DNA of 64,000 nt from Bdellovibrionales bacterium. Lineage in GTDB: Bacteria > Bdellovibrionota > Bdellovibrionia > Bdellovibrionales > UBA1609. The stretch's first letter is position 1; every line of letters begins with the position of its first letter. The notes beneath the pieces were generated by a model that was given only the letters and a program-made list of their open reading frames with translations, was not told the origin of the DNA and did no database searches. Below, piece by piece: positions 39,936-51,303 of the stretch. The DNA lies in NCBI GenBank assembly GCA_965199825.1, contig OZ241329.1:640001-704000 (forward strand), read 5' to 3'. Position numbers and translations under genes: made by a program.

Positions 39936-41019
39936 GTTTTGGCAGTTTACTCAACAAAATATTTTGCCAATTGACCTCGGTCTCACCCTCGCAGTGCCGA
40001 ATCACGGTGACCCGCTCGGCTGGAGCTTTTTCTAGTTTTGGAATCGCACAGGTTAACAAAACTAGATGATCAAAAAATAGTTTTTGGCGCGGCAAAACCG
40101 CAAGAGTTGGCCAAATTGTCATTTTGTTTTTCTCAAAAATCACGATCGGAACTTGCCAACTGAAATGCTGTAGTTGGGTCAAACTTTTTTGCGAAACATC
40201 TAACAGCTCCACACCAAATGGCAAAGGATCTGAAAAACTTTTGAGTTTAAAAATCTGATCAAAAGAGTTTTGAAGTTGGGCCAATGAATTAAATTTTGGG
40301 ATATTGATTCCGTGATCGATGAGATTTCTCAAAAATTCAAAACGCTCTTTAAGCCCAAGCGATTTTTCTTTGGCTTTAAGTAAAAAGGCAAAAGATGTCG
40401 CCATCGCAAAGGGTGAGATCTGATTTGAATCTTCACACTTAAAAAGTCGTGGCTCTTGAAGACAAAATTGTTTTGAGGTCACCAGATCATAAATCCAATG
40501 ATGTTGAATTTGATGACTTGTGAGATAAAGACTCAATGTCCAAGTCTCAAGCTCGTGACCTTTTTTAAGCAATAAAAAATAAATCAAATTTGTTTCAAAA
40601 CTTGTTGCTGCGGCAACGCCCTCGCCCAATCTTAAAACCGGTCCATCAATCCGAGCCTCAAAGGGTTGAGGAGCAGTGATTTGCAAAAACTTTTTTGAAG
40701 TATTTTTTGGTAACAGTTCGCTCAACATATTTAATTGCTCAATCTGAACGATGCGTTTTTGTTGAGAGGTTGTTAGAGCAATGGGTTTAAAAAATTCGCG
40801 CACAGTATTGCACTGATACACGGTCAACTTTGAGTTGTCGGATTTTACAAACTGCACCGCTTCGATAAAAGGGGAATGAATACACCGAACCCGGGTATCT
40901 AGAACACGAGCCGCATAAATGGCAAATACAGCCATGATCGGAACACACATGATAAAAAGAAGGCGGCGGGAATGCATTGTCAGTAAAAAGAGCAGGATCT
41001 GCGCCATCACGGTGGGCAA
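39853..41019 (-). CDS. Hypothetical membrane-anchored protein
   Basis: 388-aa ORF with N-terminal hydrophobic segment; start uncertain. Confidence 0.55.
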   Translation of the reverse strand: MPTVMAQILLFLLTMHSRRLLFIMCVPIMAVFAIYAARVLDTRVRCIHSPFIEAVQFVKSDNSKLTVYQCNTVREFFKPIALTTSQQKRIVQIEQLNMLSELLPKNTSKKFLQITAPQPFEARIDGPVLRLGEGVAAATSFETNLIYFLLLKKGHELETWTLSLYLTSHQIQHHWIYDLVTSKQFCLQEPRLFKCEDSNQISPFAMATSFAFLLKAKEKSLGLKERFEFLRNLIDHGINIPKFNSLAQLQNSFDQIFKLKSFSDPLPFGVELLDVSQKSLTQLQHFSWQVPIVIFEKNKMTIWPTLAVLPRQKLFFDHLVLLTCAIPKLEKAPAERVTVIRHCEGETEVNWQNILLSKLPKPNDSKETRDEAPLKPDRAFPHHKVSRL

Positions 41020-41079
41020 TTGGCTGGGAGATGACGACTTTTAAGCTGCCTAAATAGTCACAATGATTGAAAAAAAATT

Positions 41080-42288
41080 CTACTTGGTCGACTGAGGGAT
41101 TTTATCACTGCCTTGAGAACTTACGACCTCACCCCGGTAAACAACCTTGGCAATTGCAAGGCAGGCCTTCTCACCGGTTTTGATTTCGATGGTGGGATGG
41201 GCATTGCCCAGTTTTGGAAAAAGAAGCTCGGCCGAAGGTGAGGCCACACTCACCGTGTTACCCCCAATGGTGCATGTTTTTTTTGTGCTGTCATAGGTCC
41301 CAGCCAAACTATTTAACACCGAAAATGCGCAATGCTCGTTTTGGTCAAAGATGATTTCACCATTGTCTTCATGATTGGAGTTGGTCATCACAAGACGGGT
41401 TTTCACATCGCTGATTTTTGTTGTGGTTAAAGGTTTGATTTCGGCAACGCTTTTCCCTGCTTGCCCCACCATCCATAAACCATTTGGCCGAGGAGGAACA
41501 ATCACTTCACGATAAACAGAAGACCCATCACTTAGCTCTTTAAAATTAAAGGATGAGACGAATTCATTTCCATTCACTTTACAGTTTGTGATGTGCTCGT
41601 CGGATTTTTTAAGCGCCAATCTTTTATAAAGAGAATTGCAATCGGAGTGATCAAAGGAATTGATCGGCTTTGAACCGGCAGTAGTGCCGCAGTAGTTTTC
41701 GACATTCTCAATCATTTTTTTAAAAGCCCTCACCAAAGAGGGATCGCTACTTAAGGCCTCGGACAATTCTGTGGCGGTTTGTGCCTCATCGTCACAGATT
41801 TGTGTCAGTCCCACTTGTTCTTTATGGCAGATTTTTCCGCCAGTTTTTTTACTCATAAATATGGGATAGGCACACTCAATTTCTCCAGGCTGACAACTGC
41901 CGCGCAACACATCCGAAGTGCCAGGCATTTCATTTAGCCGACAGCTCATTCTTTTTTGTGAGGTGATCGCCATACAAACCGTATTTCCTGCAATGACACA
42001 GCGATCTCTTCGCTCGGTTACCAAACGCTGTAGACCCTTACTCAAATTTGCCGCCTGCTCGTCGCTAGTACAAATGTTAGAAGCGTTCGGAATAATCAAT
42101 CGAGATTCGGCTGCAAAGGCCTCGTTTAAAAAAGCAAATTGGTTGTGAAAATGAATTTGCTTTTGCTCTTGTTGCACCAAAAACTTTCGAATGTCTAAGA
42201 TCGCACTCGCCTGTTGTGATGGCGTTAAATCTTTAAAATTTTCGAGCAATGCAAAGCTGGGAACCAAAAACAACAAAAGTAAGATCAT
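41080..42288 (-). CDS. Hypothetical Cys-rich exported protein
   Basis: Signal peptide and many Cys; ATGA overlap with the HMG-CoA lyase stop. Confidence 0.65.
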   Translation of the reverse strand: MILLLLFLVPSFALLENFKDLTPSQQASAILDIRKFLVQQEQKQIHFHNQFAFLNEAFAAESRLIIPNASNICTSDEQAANLSKGLQRLVTERRDRCVIAGNTVCMAITSQKRMSCRLNEMPGTSDVLRGSCQPGEIECAYPIFMSKKTGGKICHKEQVGLTQICDDEAQTATELSEALSSDPSLVRAFKKMIENVENYCGTTAGSKPINSFDHSDCNSLYKRLALKKSDEHITNCKVNGNEFVSSFNFKELSDGSSVYREVIVPPRPNGLWMVGQAGKSVAEIKPLTTTKISDVKTRLVMTNSNHEDNGEIIFDQNEHCAFSVLNSLAGTYDSTKKTCTIGGNTVSVASPSAELLFPKLGNAHPTIEIKTGEKACLAIAKVVYRGEVVSSQGSDKIPQSTK

Positions 42289-43172
42289 AGTCCCAACTTT
42301 GAAAGTTTAGAGGGCAGAGTTTTTTCTAAAATCTTTTCGAGCTCGCGCGCGGCACTTTGCAGATGCTTAAGATCAAGCCCGGTTTGATAACCCATTTGCG
42401 AGAGCATATATTCCAAATCTTCGGTTGCGATATTTCCCGAAGCCCCTTGAGCGTAGGGACATCCCCCCACTCCCCCAATGGCCGAATCAAATCGAGTGAT
42501 CCCGCCTTGAAGACCTGAAAGCACATTGGCTAACCCGCATCCACGGGTATCATGAAAGTGAAGTGCTAGATGCGTGGAGCCCACCGCTTTGATCAATGCC
42601 TTTACCACTTTTTTGACCTGAATAGGATTTGCCACACCAATGGTATCCCCAATTGAAATCTCAAAAACTCCGAGTTGCTTCATCCGTTTTGCTAAGGAAA
42701 CCACACGGCTCAGGGGCACATCGCCCTCATAGGGGCACCCGAAGGCCACACTCAAATAACCGCGGACTCGGATCTTATTTTTTTTGGCTAAAGTGCAGAC
42801 GTCTTTAAAGCGCACAAAAGATTCTTCGATAGTGCAGTTGATATTTTTTTTGCTAAAACTTTCGGAGCACGCACCAAAGATCGCAACTTGGCGAATGCCA
42901 CTCGCGATGGCCAAATTCATTCCTTGAACATTTGGAGCAAGAACCGAGAACTGAGAAAAATGGGGTTCTTTTTTTAAGCCTTCGACGACCTCAAGTGAGT
43001 GATTCATTTGGGGCACCCAATGGGGTGATACAAATGCACCCACCTCGATTCGCTTTAGCCCTGCTTGGATCAGTTGATGAATCAAATTTGTTTTTTGCTC
43101 GATCGACAGATGTTTTGATTCATTCTGTAAACCATCTCTCGGGCCAACCTCGATAATTTCAATTTTTTTCAT
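42285..43172 (-). CDS. Hydroxymethylglutaryl-CoA lyase (LiuE-like)
   Basis: EVGPRDGLQNE, FGCPYEG, DTIG, HFHDTRG, GGCPYA.GASGN. Confidence 0.95.
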   Translation of the reverse strand: MKKIEIIEVGPRDGLQNESKHLSIEQKTNLIHQLIQAGLKRIEVGAFVSPHWVPQMNHSLEVVEGLKKEPHFSQFSVLAPNVQGMNLAIASGIRQVAIFGACSESFSKKNINCTIEESFVRFKDVCTLAKKNKIRVRGYLSVAFGCPYEGDVPLSRVVSLAKRMKQLGVFEISIGDTIGVANPIQVKKVVKALIKAVGSTHLALHFHDTRGCGLANVLSGLQGGITRFDSAIGGVGGCPYAQGASGNIATEDLEYMLSQMGYQTGLDLKHLQSAARELEKILEKTLPSKLSKLGL

Positions 43173-43540
43173 ATGGGTTTTATAACGGCAAGAGTTTGAC
43201 CGATTTGAACCTGATCGCCCACTTTACAAGAAATAAATTCGATAATGCCTGGACCGGTGCTTTCGAGAGTGTACTCCATCTTCATCGCCTCCATCACAAT
43301 AATGGGTTGACGTTCCAAAACTCGCATCTTCGATTGCGCAAAGATTTTTATAATTTTGCCCGGCATCGGGGCCTTGATATTGGAGGCTTGTCCAGGCGCT
43401 TTGGATTTTTCTGCAGTCTCGACATTTTTTTCGACCGCAAAAGTTTTTCCGTTAAAATGAAACCAAAGAACTCCATTGATTTTTTTTGTCGGAATAAAAT
43501 AAGTGCGTCCTTCAAATTTTATTTCCAGCTGTAGCTCCAA
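43169..43540 (-). CDS. Biotin carboxyl carrier subunit of methylcrotonyl-CoA carboxylase
   Basis: APMPGK and EAMKME (biotinylated Lys). Confidence 0.9.
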   Translation of the reverse strand: MELQLEIKFEGRTYFIPTKKINGVLWFHFNGKTFAVEKNVETAEKSKAPGQASNIKAPMPGKIIKIFAQSKMRVLERQPIIVMEAMKMEYTLESTGPGIIEFISCKVGDQVQIGQTLAVIKPI

Positions 43541-44976
43541 GGGCTTTGTTGTGTGACCTTGTCACCCATAAAACCGTCGAGCTCAAGTCCAAGCTCAACT
43601 TCAAATCGACTCAAAGCTTCGGGCTTTAAGCCCTCTGCAAAATGGGATTCAATAAATCGTGTTGTCATCACGCCATCAATAAATTCAGGATGACTCAACA
43701 TTTTTTGTAGGAATGGAATATTTGTTTTAATCCCGAAAACAATTGTCTCTGATAAAACATGCCTCATTTTTTGAATCGCTCTGAGGCGTGTTTCATCAAA
43801 CACCACAACTTTTGCAATCATTGAATCATAAAACGAAGTGACCTCATCGCCTTCTTCAAAACCAAAATCAAAACGTCGACCCGCCCCTTGCGGAAAAAAG
43901 CTATATCCGATCACACCAGTTGATGGGATACCATTGCGAAAAGGATCTTCGGCATATAGCCGGCACTCAATGCTATGGCCATGCGGTTTCAGATTTTTAA
44001 AATTTACCGAATCGCCTTGAGCGGTTAAAATTTGTGATTTAACGAGGTCAATCCCCCAAGTGAATTCGGTCACAGGATGCTCAACTTGAAGTCGGGTGTT
44101 CATTTCCATAAAGTAGAATTGATGATCCTGAACCAAAAACTCAACTGTTCCGGCACTTTTGTAGCGGGCCGCCTCGGCCAACATGGTCGCCGAGTTATAG
44201 AGTTGTTTTCGTATGTAATCATCAAGCGCAGCGGCCGGTGCTTCTTCAATAATTTTTTGATGTCGGCGTTGGACCGAACATTCGCGATCACCCAAAGCAA
44301 AAATATATCCGCTGGCATCACCAAAAATCTGGACCTCAATGTGCTTTGCCCGATCTAAATATTTTTCGATAAAAATATGATCAGATCCAAAACTGCTTAA
44401 GCCCTCACGTCGAGAGGACTCGATGGCCGACAAGGCCTGATCCATTTGGCGAATCACTTTGAGTCCACGTCCGCCGCCGCCGGCTGCGGCTTTTACAATA
44501 ACGGGTAAACCAATTTCTTTTATTTTTTGTAAAAGAGTGGCATCGCTTTGATCAGAGCCCTCATAGCCGGAAATGATCGGAATTTTTAAATTTCGCGCCA
44601 TCTTTTTTGCAGAAATCTTGTCGCCAAAAATACGAATGCTCTCAGAAGAGGGACCAATAAAAGTCACACCCGCTTTTTCAAGACCTGCGGCAAAATCGGC
44701 GTTCTCAGATAAAAAACCAAATCCGGGATGGAGCGCATCTGCACCTGCCGCGAGCGCACCATTGATATTGGATTCAATATTTAAATAACTTTGTTGAACT
44801 GGGCTTGGGCCGATACACAATCTCTCATTGGCCATACGATAAGCCCGAGTTTTGATATCGGCTTCCGAATGAAGCAAAACAGTCTCAATGCCAAGCTCAT
44901 GACAGGCTTGCAAGATTCGAACGGCCACTTCGCCCCGATTGGCCACAGCTATTTTTTGAAATGCTAACTTTGCCAT
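43519..44976 (-). CDS. Biotin carboxylase subunit (methylcrotonyl-CoA carboxylase alpha, N-terminal part)
   Basis: ANRGEVA, HPGFGFLSEN, GGGGRG, RECSVQRRHQK, EMNTRLQVEHP. Confidence 0.93.
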   Translation of the reverse strand: MAKLAFQKIAVANRGEVAVRILQACHELGIETVLLHSEADIKTRAYRMANERLCIGPSPVQQSYLNIESNINGALAAGADALHPGFGFLSENADFAAGLEKAGVTFIGPSSESIRIFGDKISAKKMARNLKIPIISGYEGSDQSDATLLQKIKEIGLPVIVKAAAGGGGRGLKVIRQMDQALSAIESSRREGLSSFGSDHIFIEKYLDRAKHIEVQIFGDASGYIFALGDRECSVQRRHQKIIEEAPAAALDDYIRKQLYNSATMLAEAARYKSAGTVEFLVQDHQFYFMEMNTRLQVEHPVTEFTWGIDLVKSQILTAQGDSVNFKNLKPHGHSIECRLYAEDPFRNGIPSTGVIGYSFFPQGAGRRFDFGFEEGDEVTSFYDSMIAKVVVFDETRLRAIQKMRHVLSETIVFGIKTNIPFLQKMLSHPEFIDGVMTTRFIESHFAEGLKPEALSRFEVELGLELDGFMGDKVTQQSPWSYSWK

Positions 44977-45704
44977 TGAGGCTTTCGCTTTTCGAAAAAG
45001 GCGTTGAATCCCTCTTGGCCTTCATCACTGGTGCGAAGTTCGGCAATGAGTTCGGTGGTTAATTTTTTAAAACTCTCGACCGGCAAAATATGATTGCAAA
45101 GAGTTTTGGTTTTGTTCATCGCACTAGGGCTATTTTTTTTAATTTGGATCAGAGTGTCTTCAAGCCAAACCTCATCGCCGATGGCTTGAACCAATCCGGA
45201 TTGCAAAGCTTGATGAGCATCAAAGCTTCGACCCGATATCATCATCGCCCGGGCAAAGCCTGGATTCATTTTTTGTAAAACAAATGAACTAATCACCGCA
45301 GGCGCAATTCCCAAGCGCACCTCTGAAAAACAAAATGTGGTGTCTGGTGATGCAAGAGCCATATCGCTTGCCGCAATTAAACCTAAGCCGCCGCCAAAAA
45401 TTGCGCCATGAACAAAACTAACCACCACAGCCTTACAATTTCGAATCGACTCAAACAGTCCAAAAAGTTTTTGGGCCTCTGACAAATTATCTCCATAACT
45501 TTGATCTTTTGAATTTTTCATATCGTCAAGATCTGCACCTGCGCAAAAAGTTTGGCCTTCACCTCTCAGCACAACTGCAGTGGCGGTGGTCGACTCAAAA
45601 ATCTGGGTCAGCTCTTTGATCAGCTCAGAATTCAAGGCATTGCGCCGCTCGGGTCGACTGAGAGTCACATGCAAAATGGTATCAAACAATTGAGACTTGA
45701 TCAT
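44964..45704 (-). CDS. Methylglutaconyl-CoA hydratase (crotonase family, LiuC-like)
   Basis: RPERRNAL, FCAGADL, GGGLGL, SEVRLGIAPA; operon context. Confidence 0.88.
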   Translation of the reverse strand: MIKSQLFDTILHVTLSRPERRNALNSELIKELTQIFESTTATAVVLRGEGQTFCAGADLDDMKNSKDQSYGDNLSEAQKLFGLFESIRNCKAVVVSFVHGAIFGGGLGLIAASDMALASPDTTFCFSEVRLGIAPAVISSFVLQKMNPGFARAMMISGRSFDAHQALQSGLVQAIGDEVWLEDTLIQIKKNSPSAMNKTKTLCNHILPVESFKKLTTELIAELRTSDEGQEGFNAFFEKRKPQWQS

Positions 45705-45708
45705 CAGC

Positions 45709-47310
45709 TCACATCCGAAAAATTCCGTGTTTCAGTGGATCCCAAGATTTGTTCATGGAAGCACTTAAGCCCAAGGATAAAACCCGGCGGGTGTCCCGCG
45801 GATCAATGATGCCGTCATCCCACAGGCGAGCGGTAGAATAATAAGCCGAGCTTTCGTCTTCATATTTTTTTAAAGTTGGTTTTTTGAATTCCTGTTGCTC
45901 TGAAACATTCATCTCCAAACCTTTAAGTGCCAGCTGGTCTTTTTTGATGGTGAGTAAAACATTTGCAGCCTGTTCTCCTCCCATCACGCTAATTCGAGCA
46001 TTGGGCCACATCCACAGCTGCCGAGGTTGAAACGCCCTGCCGCACATTCCGTAATTGCCCGCCCCATAGGAGCCGCCAATAATGACCGTAAATTTCGGAA
46101 CCCGCGCGTTGCTCACCGCCATCACCATCTTTGCTCCATGTTTGGCGATACCTTCGTTCTCAAATTTTTGGCCCACCATAAATCCTGTGATGTTTTGCAA
46201 AAAAATCAGCGGAATATTGCGCTGATCACACAGTTCAACAAAGTGAGCCGCCTTGAGTGCACTTTCACTAAAAAGCACTCCGTTATTGGCGACGATTCCC
46301 ACCGGATAACCAAAAATATGGGCAAAGCCGGTAACAAGAGTTGAGCCGTAACGACTTTTAAATTCATGAAACCGACTGCCATCCACAAGGCGCGCGATAA
46401 TCTCACGCACTTCAAATTGAACCTTTGGATCTCGGCTCACAATTCCATAGAGATCTTCAGAAGAATACAACGGCTCAACCACTGACTCGGTCACAAGCTG
46501 CACCGGTTTTTTACGCTTCAAGGTTGCAACAATTTGGCGAGCAATTTTAAAAGCCTCGCTCTCGCTAGAGGCATAATGATCGGTCACACCACTAATATCG
46601 CAGTGAACTTTTGCTCCGCCCAGATCTTGGGCCGAGACTTCCTCGCCCGTTGCGGCTTTAACCAGGGGTGGGCCGCCTAAAAAGATTGTGCCGTTTTCCT
46701 CAACAATAATATTCTCATCACTCATTGCGGGAACGTAGGCTCCACCTGCGGTGCAACTCCCGAGCACAACCGAAATTTGGGCAAGACCTTGCGCCGACAT
46801 TTGGGCCTGATTATAAAAGATCCGACCAAAATGATCACGGTCAGGAAACACTTCAGATTGCAGAGGCAAAAATGCGCCGCCACTATCAACCAGATAAATA
46901 CAAGGCAAACCATTTTCGCTTGCGATCTCTTGAGCGCGTAAATGCTTTTTTACGGTCATCGGAAAATAGGTCCCACCTTTTACTGTGGGATCATTTGCAA
47001 CGATGATGATCTCGACTCCGCACACCACACCAATACCGGTGATCAGACCCGCAGCTGCGGCTTCGTCATTATAAAGACCATTGGCCGCAAGACTCGAAAA
47101 TTCCAAAAATGAAGATTGAGGATCGCACAATTTTTGAATGCGCTCGCGCACAGAAAATTTATTTCGGCTTTTGAGTCGATCTAAAGTTTCAGCTGAGGGC
47201 TCATTTTTTTTAAGATGTTCATTGAGATTTTGAACCTGCTCGAGCATCGCTTGGCGATTCGAAGCGAATAAATCAGAGTTGCGATCAATACGTGTTTCTA
47301 AAATACTCAT
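45709..47310 (-). CDS. Methylcrotonyl-CoA carboxylase carboxyltransferase subunit (LiuB-like)
   Basis: [55 protein letters not shown]. Confidence 0.95.
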   Translation of the reverse strand: MSILETRIDRNSDLFASNRQAMLEQVQNLNEHLKKNEPSAETLDRLKSRNKFSVRERIQKLCDPQSSFLEFSSLAANGLYNDEAAAAGLITGIGVVCGVEIIIVANDPTVKGGTYFPMTVKKHLRAQEIASENGLPCIYLVDSGGAFLPLQSEVFPDRDHFGRIFYNQAQMSAQGLAQISVVLGSCTAGGAYVPAMSDENIIVEENGTIFLGGPPLVKAATGEEVSAQDLGGAKVHCDISGVTDHYASSESEAFKIARQIVATLKRKKPVQLVTESVVEPLYSSEDLYGIVSRDPKVQFEVREIIARLVDGSRFHEFKSRYGSTLVTGFAHIFGYPVGIVANNGVLFSESALKAAHFVELCDQRNIPLIFLQNITGFMVGQKFENEGIAKHGAKMVMAVSNARVPKFTVIIGGSYGAGNYGMCGRAFQPRQLWMWPNARISVMGGEQAANVLLTIKKDQLALKGLEMNVSEQQEFKKPTLKKYEDESSAYYSTARLWDDGIIDPRDTRRVLSLGLSASMNKSWDPLKHGIFRM

Positions 47311-47326
47311 TGGCGTTCAACCTTAA

Positions 47327-47803
47327 TCACTTCGGTGCGCTTAAGCGAGCAAAAAGTCGGGTGTGAATTTGTAAGATGATTTGCCCAACGATCAACCCTT
47401 CGCTTGTCCTTAAACTCCACATCATTTCTATCGGACCTTTAAGGTCGGTCAAAAGATCTTCACGCTCCTGCGCCAAAAGTCGGTAAGTTAAATTAAATTT
47501 GGAATTTGCGATTTTGCTCTGCACTCGGATGTCTTTGATTTCAAATTGTGGCAAAAACTGCGACCAAAATCGCTGGGCCAAAATCTCAGCAATCAAGACA
47601 GTTGTGGCAAGCGAGGCCGATCGACTAAAATGACCACCGATTTTTTCAAGCGAATCATTTTTTAAAATAAATCCGGTGGCCAAAAATGCAAACTCTCGGG
47701 TTAATGATGCAGGGCTTAACAAAGAATTCAAACCGAAGCGCTTCATAGACTCATAGGCATACTCCAGTTTATAACTTGAAAGAAATGAAATACCTTGGCC
47801 CAC
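47327..47803 (-). CDS. Hypothetical protein
   Basis: ORF fills the gap upstream of the liu operon; start uncertain. Confidence 0.45.
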   Translation of the reverse strand: MGQGISFLSSYKLEYAYESMKRFGLNSLLSPASLTREFAFLATGFILKNDSLEKIGGHFSRSASLATTVLIAEILAQRFWSQFLPQFEIKDIRVQSKIANSKFNLTYRLLAQEREDLLTDLKGPIEMMWSLRTSEGLIVGQIILQIHTRLFARLSAPK

Positions 47804-48204
47804 TCGTCCTTATTTTATTGATGTGTTTATCGTGGAAGCTTGCAAACTTCGAGAGTCCAATCTCTCAACAGGTGCATGTTTCTATTCAACAAGATTTAAA
47901 AAAAATCATTAGCGATTACATTCAGCAAAATCTGCCGAACTCAAAAGATCTTCGCTTTGATCGCTTTTGGACAGAGACGATGTCGCTTGATAAAGTGAAA
48001 GCCTCTTTTTTATATTCCTTTGAAGATACCACCGAGGCCTCGGGTCAAGCCCGGGTCCAGGTCGATGGGTACGCCATTTTAAATCGCGATAAGGCAAGCT
48101 CTGATGACAAAAAAGAAACCTGGAGTTTTGATGAACTCTACATTTCAAATAGTCAGATCGAGTTTAAAGATCCAATGACCATAACCCCAGATAAATCCGA
48201 GTGA
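47785..48204 (+). CDS. Hypothetical membrane-anchored protein
   Basis: MKYLGPLVLILLMCL N-terminus; GTGA coupling to the next gene. Confidence 0.65.
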   Translation: MKYLGPLVLILLMCLSWKLANFESPISQQVHVSIQQDLKKIISDYIQQNLPNSKDLRFDRFWTETMSLDKVKASFLYSFEDTTEASGQARVQVDGYAILNRDKASSDDKKETWSFDELYISNSQIEFKDPMTITPDKSE

Positions 48205-49202
48205 GTCACTATCTCAGCCTCGATGAAGAGGGTTATTTTATGTCTCAAGGGTTGCGCTGGGATCAAGCTGAGCCCGAAATGTTTGAGAGTCTTAAGCGGA
48301 CTTCAACCGGTGCATTTCAAGTCACATTAAAAAATGAAGACTATTTGCTTGAGGCTTTTGACCAACCCTTGGTGGTTCAAAATGTCGAAATTAAAGATCG
48401 GCTTGAGTTGCAATTTCCCTATGGATTTAAGGCCACTGCCGATTTTAAAAGCTTGAGTTGCGATTCTTTTGATCGCTTTCATGGATTAACAGATCAAGGT
48501 TTTCCATTTGTTTTTTCGCGCAAGGCTCAGGCCCAACTTTTTAATTTGGCAGAAGATTATGACGATGATTCGCTTACTTTTAATGGCCACAAGTATCAGC
48601 TTGAGCCTTGGCTGGTTGAAGATCAGACCGTCATCAAGAATGATTTTTGGGATAAGCGATACTCGAGCGGCGAGACCCAATGGAATATGAGCGAGCCCCA
48701 TCCTGGTCTTGTTGATGCTTTGCCCCAGTTAAAACTTCCGCGCAGCCGCATTGGAATCTTGGGTTGTGGCGAAGGTCATGACGCCGCCTTTTTGGCAAAG
48801 TCGGGGCATCTTGTGACCGCTTATGATTTTAGTGATGAGGCTTTAAAAAAAGCACGCGAACTCTACGGCACAATTCCAGGTCTTACTTTTAAAAAGGCCG
48901 ATGTGTTCGAGATGAAAGAACGCGAATGCTTTGATGTGATTTTCGAACACACATTTTTTTGTGCGATCCCACCTTCAAAACGCGAAGAGTTAATCGCTCT
49001 TTGGCGTCAATTGCTGACACCGTCTGGTTATGTGCTCGGCATCTTCTTTGTGGTAGAAAAACGCAAAGGTCCGCCGTGGGGTGCAACCGAATGGGAACTC
49101 AAGCGTCGGATGCAAAAAAAGTTTGAAGCTTTGTATTGGAATCGTCTGCGCGTGGGCCCCCGACTGGGTCGAGAGCTCATTATGTTAATGCGCAAAATCT
49201 AA
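48201..49202 (+). CDS. Thiopurine/thiol S-methyltransferase-like protein with extra N-terminal domain
   Basis: FWDKRY..GET.W, LGCGEGHDA, EHTFFCAIPP..R, GPPWG. Confidence 0.8.
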   Translation: MSHYLSLDEEGYFMSQGLRWDQAEPEMFESLKRTSTGAFQVTLKNEDYLLEAFDQPLVVQNVEIKDRLELQFPYGFKATADFKSLSCDSFDRFHGLTDQGFPFVFSRKAQAQLFNLAEDYDDDSLTFNGHKYQLEPWLVEDQTVIKNDFWDKRYSSGETQWNMSEPHPGLVDALPQLKLPRSRIGILGCGEGHDAAFLAKSGHLVTAYDFSDEALKKARELYGTIPGLTFKKADVFEMKERECFDVIFEHTFFCAIPPSKREELIALWRQLLTPSGYVLGIFFVVEKRKGPPWGATEWELKRRMQKKFEALYWNRLRVGPRLGRELIMLMRKI

Positions 49203-51254
49203 AGTTTGAAATAAAAATTCATACTCAAGAGCCTCGTTTGCCGCTTTATCTTTAAGAAGCATATGGCCACCATGACCGCCCTCGGTCTCTTCATGATAAT
49301 AAAATTTTGATTTTAACTCCTCAAGCCGTGCCGCAAACTTTCGAGCATGTAACGGATGGACCCGATCATCATGCAGCGAACTTGCAAGGTAAGTGGGAGG
49401 ATATTGCACATCGGATTTAAGATGATGGTATGGCGAATAAATATAATTTGTTTTCTGAGGATCGCCGTACTCATCCATCCAGCTCGCACCGGCCAAAAAC
49501 AAATTGTAGCGCAGCATATCTGTTAGTGGAAACAGCACCAGACTTGCCCCAAAAAGCTCAGGCCTTTGAGTCATCGCCGCAGCTGTGAGGAGCCCCCCAT
49601 TACTGTACCCCCGAATTGCCAGCTGATGAGGTGTGGTCAAATTTTGGGCGATCAGATCTTCAGCAACAGCAATAAAATCATCATATGTTTTTTGTTTATT
49701 TTCGCGCTGAGCCGCCTCATGCCACTGCGGTCCAAATTCTGATCCACCACGAAGATGGGCCAAAACATAAGAGCCCCCGCGCTCGAGCCAGACCTTGCCC
49801 AACACCGCGTCGTACTGGGGCCACATCGCAGACCCGAATCCCCCATAGCCGGTCAACAAAGTGGGCCTTGACCCTTTAGCCGACTTTCCTCGAACGAGTT
49901 CATAGGGAATATGTGTTCCGTCTTTCGATAATGCCGTACGCATTTCAACTTCAAAGTGAGCTTCAGAAAATTCAGAAGGATTTTTTTTAATCAATGTGGT
50001 GGTCAGATTGGGATGGAGTTGATCGAGTCGATCTGGTTTTAAGAATCCTTTTGAAGAGATCCAAATTCTCTGATCACGAGGATCGGTGGATAAGGGCATC
50101 AAGTCTACGGTCTCACCTTTTTCGAACTGCTTTTCTCTCACGACCAAAAAATCTTTAAGCTTACCAATGCGAAAAGTTCGCACCCGAAATCTAAGATTTT
50201 CGGTAATCAGAGCGTAAACATAATCATCTGAAGTTTGAATATCTTGAAGCGACATCAAATCACTCGGTTCAAATAAAGATTGAAGTTTTTGGGGCTTTTC
50301 TTTTCCTAATGATTCAAAAAGATCAAAGGCAATCAAACTTCCGGCTTTAAAATTAAGGTATTGTTTTTTAAGGCGCACAAGCCCCCGACCTTGGGGCGCA
50401 TCCAGCAGCTCGGCATCCGAGGGAAGTGGAATGGGCTCGATTTTACCTGTCTCTGCCTCAAGCAAAAAATAGTCGTGATCAAAAAAAGTGCGATGCTTTT
50501 CGAGAACAAAATAATATTTATTTTTAATCCAGACCGGATACATCGAAGATCGTAAATCTTTTTTTCCAACCGTGATCAAAGTTTTGGCTTCCGCCAGTTT
50601 TTGACCGCGCTTGAGCAGTCGGACCTCTGCTGGATAGCCCGACTCGGTCATAGTTTGGGGGCCAAAATCGGTACTCACCAAAACGGTGCTTCGATCAACC
50701 CACTCCACCTGATTTTTAGCAGCGGGCATATCAAAACCTTCGTTCACAAAACTTTTAGTGTCGACATCGAATTCTCTGACCGTAGTGGCATCCTCGCCCG
50801 AATGGGAAAGACTGATGAGGCAGCGTTTAAAATCTGGAAAAAGACATTTGGCTTGATCAAAATTCCAGATCTGATTTTCTTTTTTTGAAAGCTCTAAAAA
50901 ATCAATCAAGACTTCCCACTTGGGCTCGGGCTTACGATATTCTTTTTCTGTAGCTCTGCGCCACACCCCTCGCGGATAGGTCGCGTCTTGCAAAAAGTTA
51001 TAGGCAAAACCGCCACGAAAGCGTGCAAATCGAATCTTTTTTTGCTCGTTGAGTATTTTTAAAATTTCATCTTGGATTTTTTTAAATCGCTCAGACTTTG
51101 CAAGCGAATTTTCGGTTTCGGTATTGTGCTGCAGTACCCATGCGCTCGATTTTTGTGAATCAAGCGATTCAAGCCAGGCGAAGGAGTCATCTGTTTTTTT
51201 GGGGTGAGTCGCGCATGACAAAAGAAAAAAGCTGAGAACAATAATTTTGACCAT
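49185..51254 (-). CDS. Prolyl oligopeptidase (S9A) lipoprotein
   Basis: Lipobox LLSC; GYGGF, RGGSEFG..WH, GYSNGG (Ser), DDRV (Asp), GGH (His). Confidence 0.93.
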   Translation of the reverse strand: MVKIIVLSFFLLSCATHPKKTDDSFAWLESLDSQKSSAWVLQHNTETENSLAKSERFKKIQDEILKILNEQKKIRFARFRGGFAYNFLQDATYPRGVWRRATEKEYRKPEPKWEVLIDFLELSKKENQIWNFDQAKCLFPDFKRCLISLSHSGEDATTVREFDVDTKSFVNEGFDMPAAKNQVEWVDRSTVLVSTDFGPQTMTESGYPAEVRLLKRGQKLAEAKTLITVGKKDLRSSMYPVWIKNKYYFVLEKHRTFFDHDYFLLEAETGKIEPIPLPSDAELLDAPQGRGLVRLKKQYLNFKAGSLIAFDLFESLGKEKPQKLQSLFEPSDLMSLQDIQTSDDYVYALITENLRFRVRTFRIGKLKDFLVVREKQFEKGETVDLMPLSTDPRDQRIWISSKGFLKPDRLDQLHPNLTTTLIKKNPSEFSEAHFEVEMRTALSKDGTHIPYELVRGKSAKGSRPTLLTGYGGFGSAMWPQYDAVLGKVWLERGGSYVLAHLRGGSEFGPQWHEAAQRENKQKTYDDFIAVAEDLIAQNLTTPHQLAIRGYSNGGLLTAAAMTQRPELFGASLVLFPLTDMLRYNLFLAGASWMDEYGDPQKTNYIYSPYHHLKSDVQYPPTYLASSLHDDRVHPLHARKFAARLEELKSKFYYHEETEGGHGGHMLLKDKAANEALEYEFLFQTLDFAH

Positions 51255-51303
51255 TTGAAATCATAGGCATAGCTGATAGGGAAAATAAACAATCAAAATT
51301 TTA

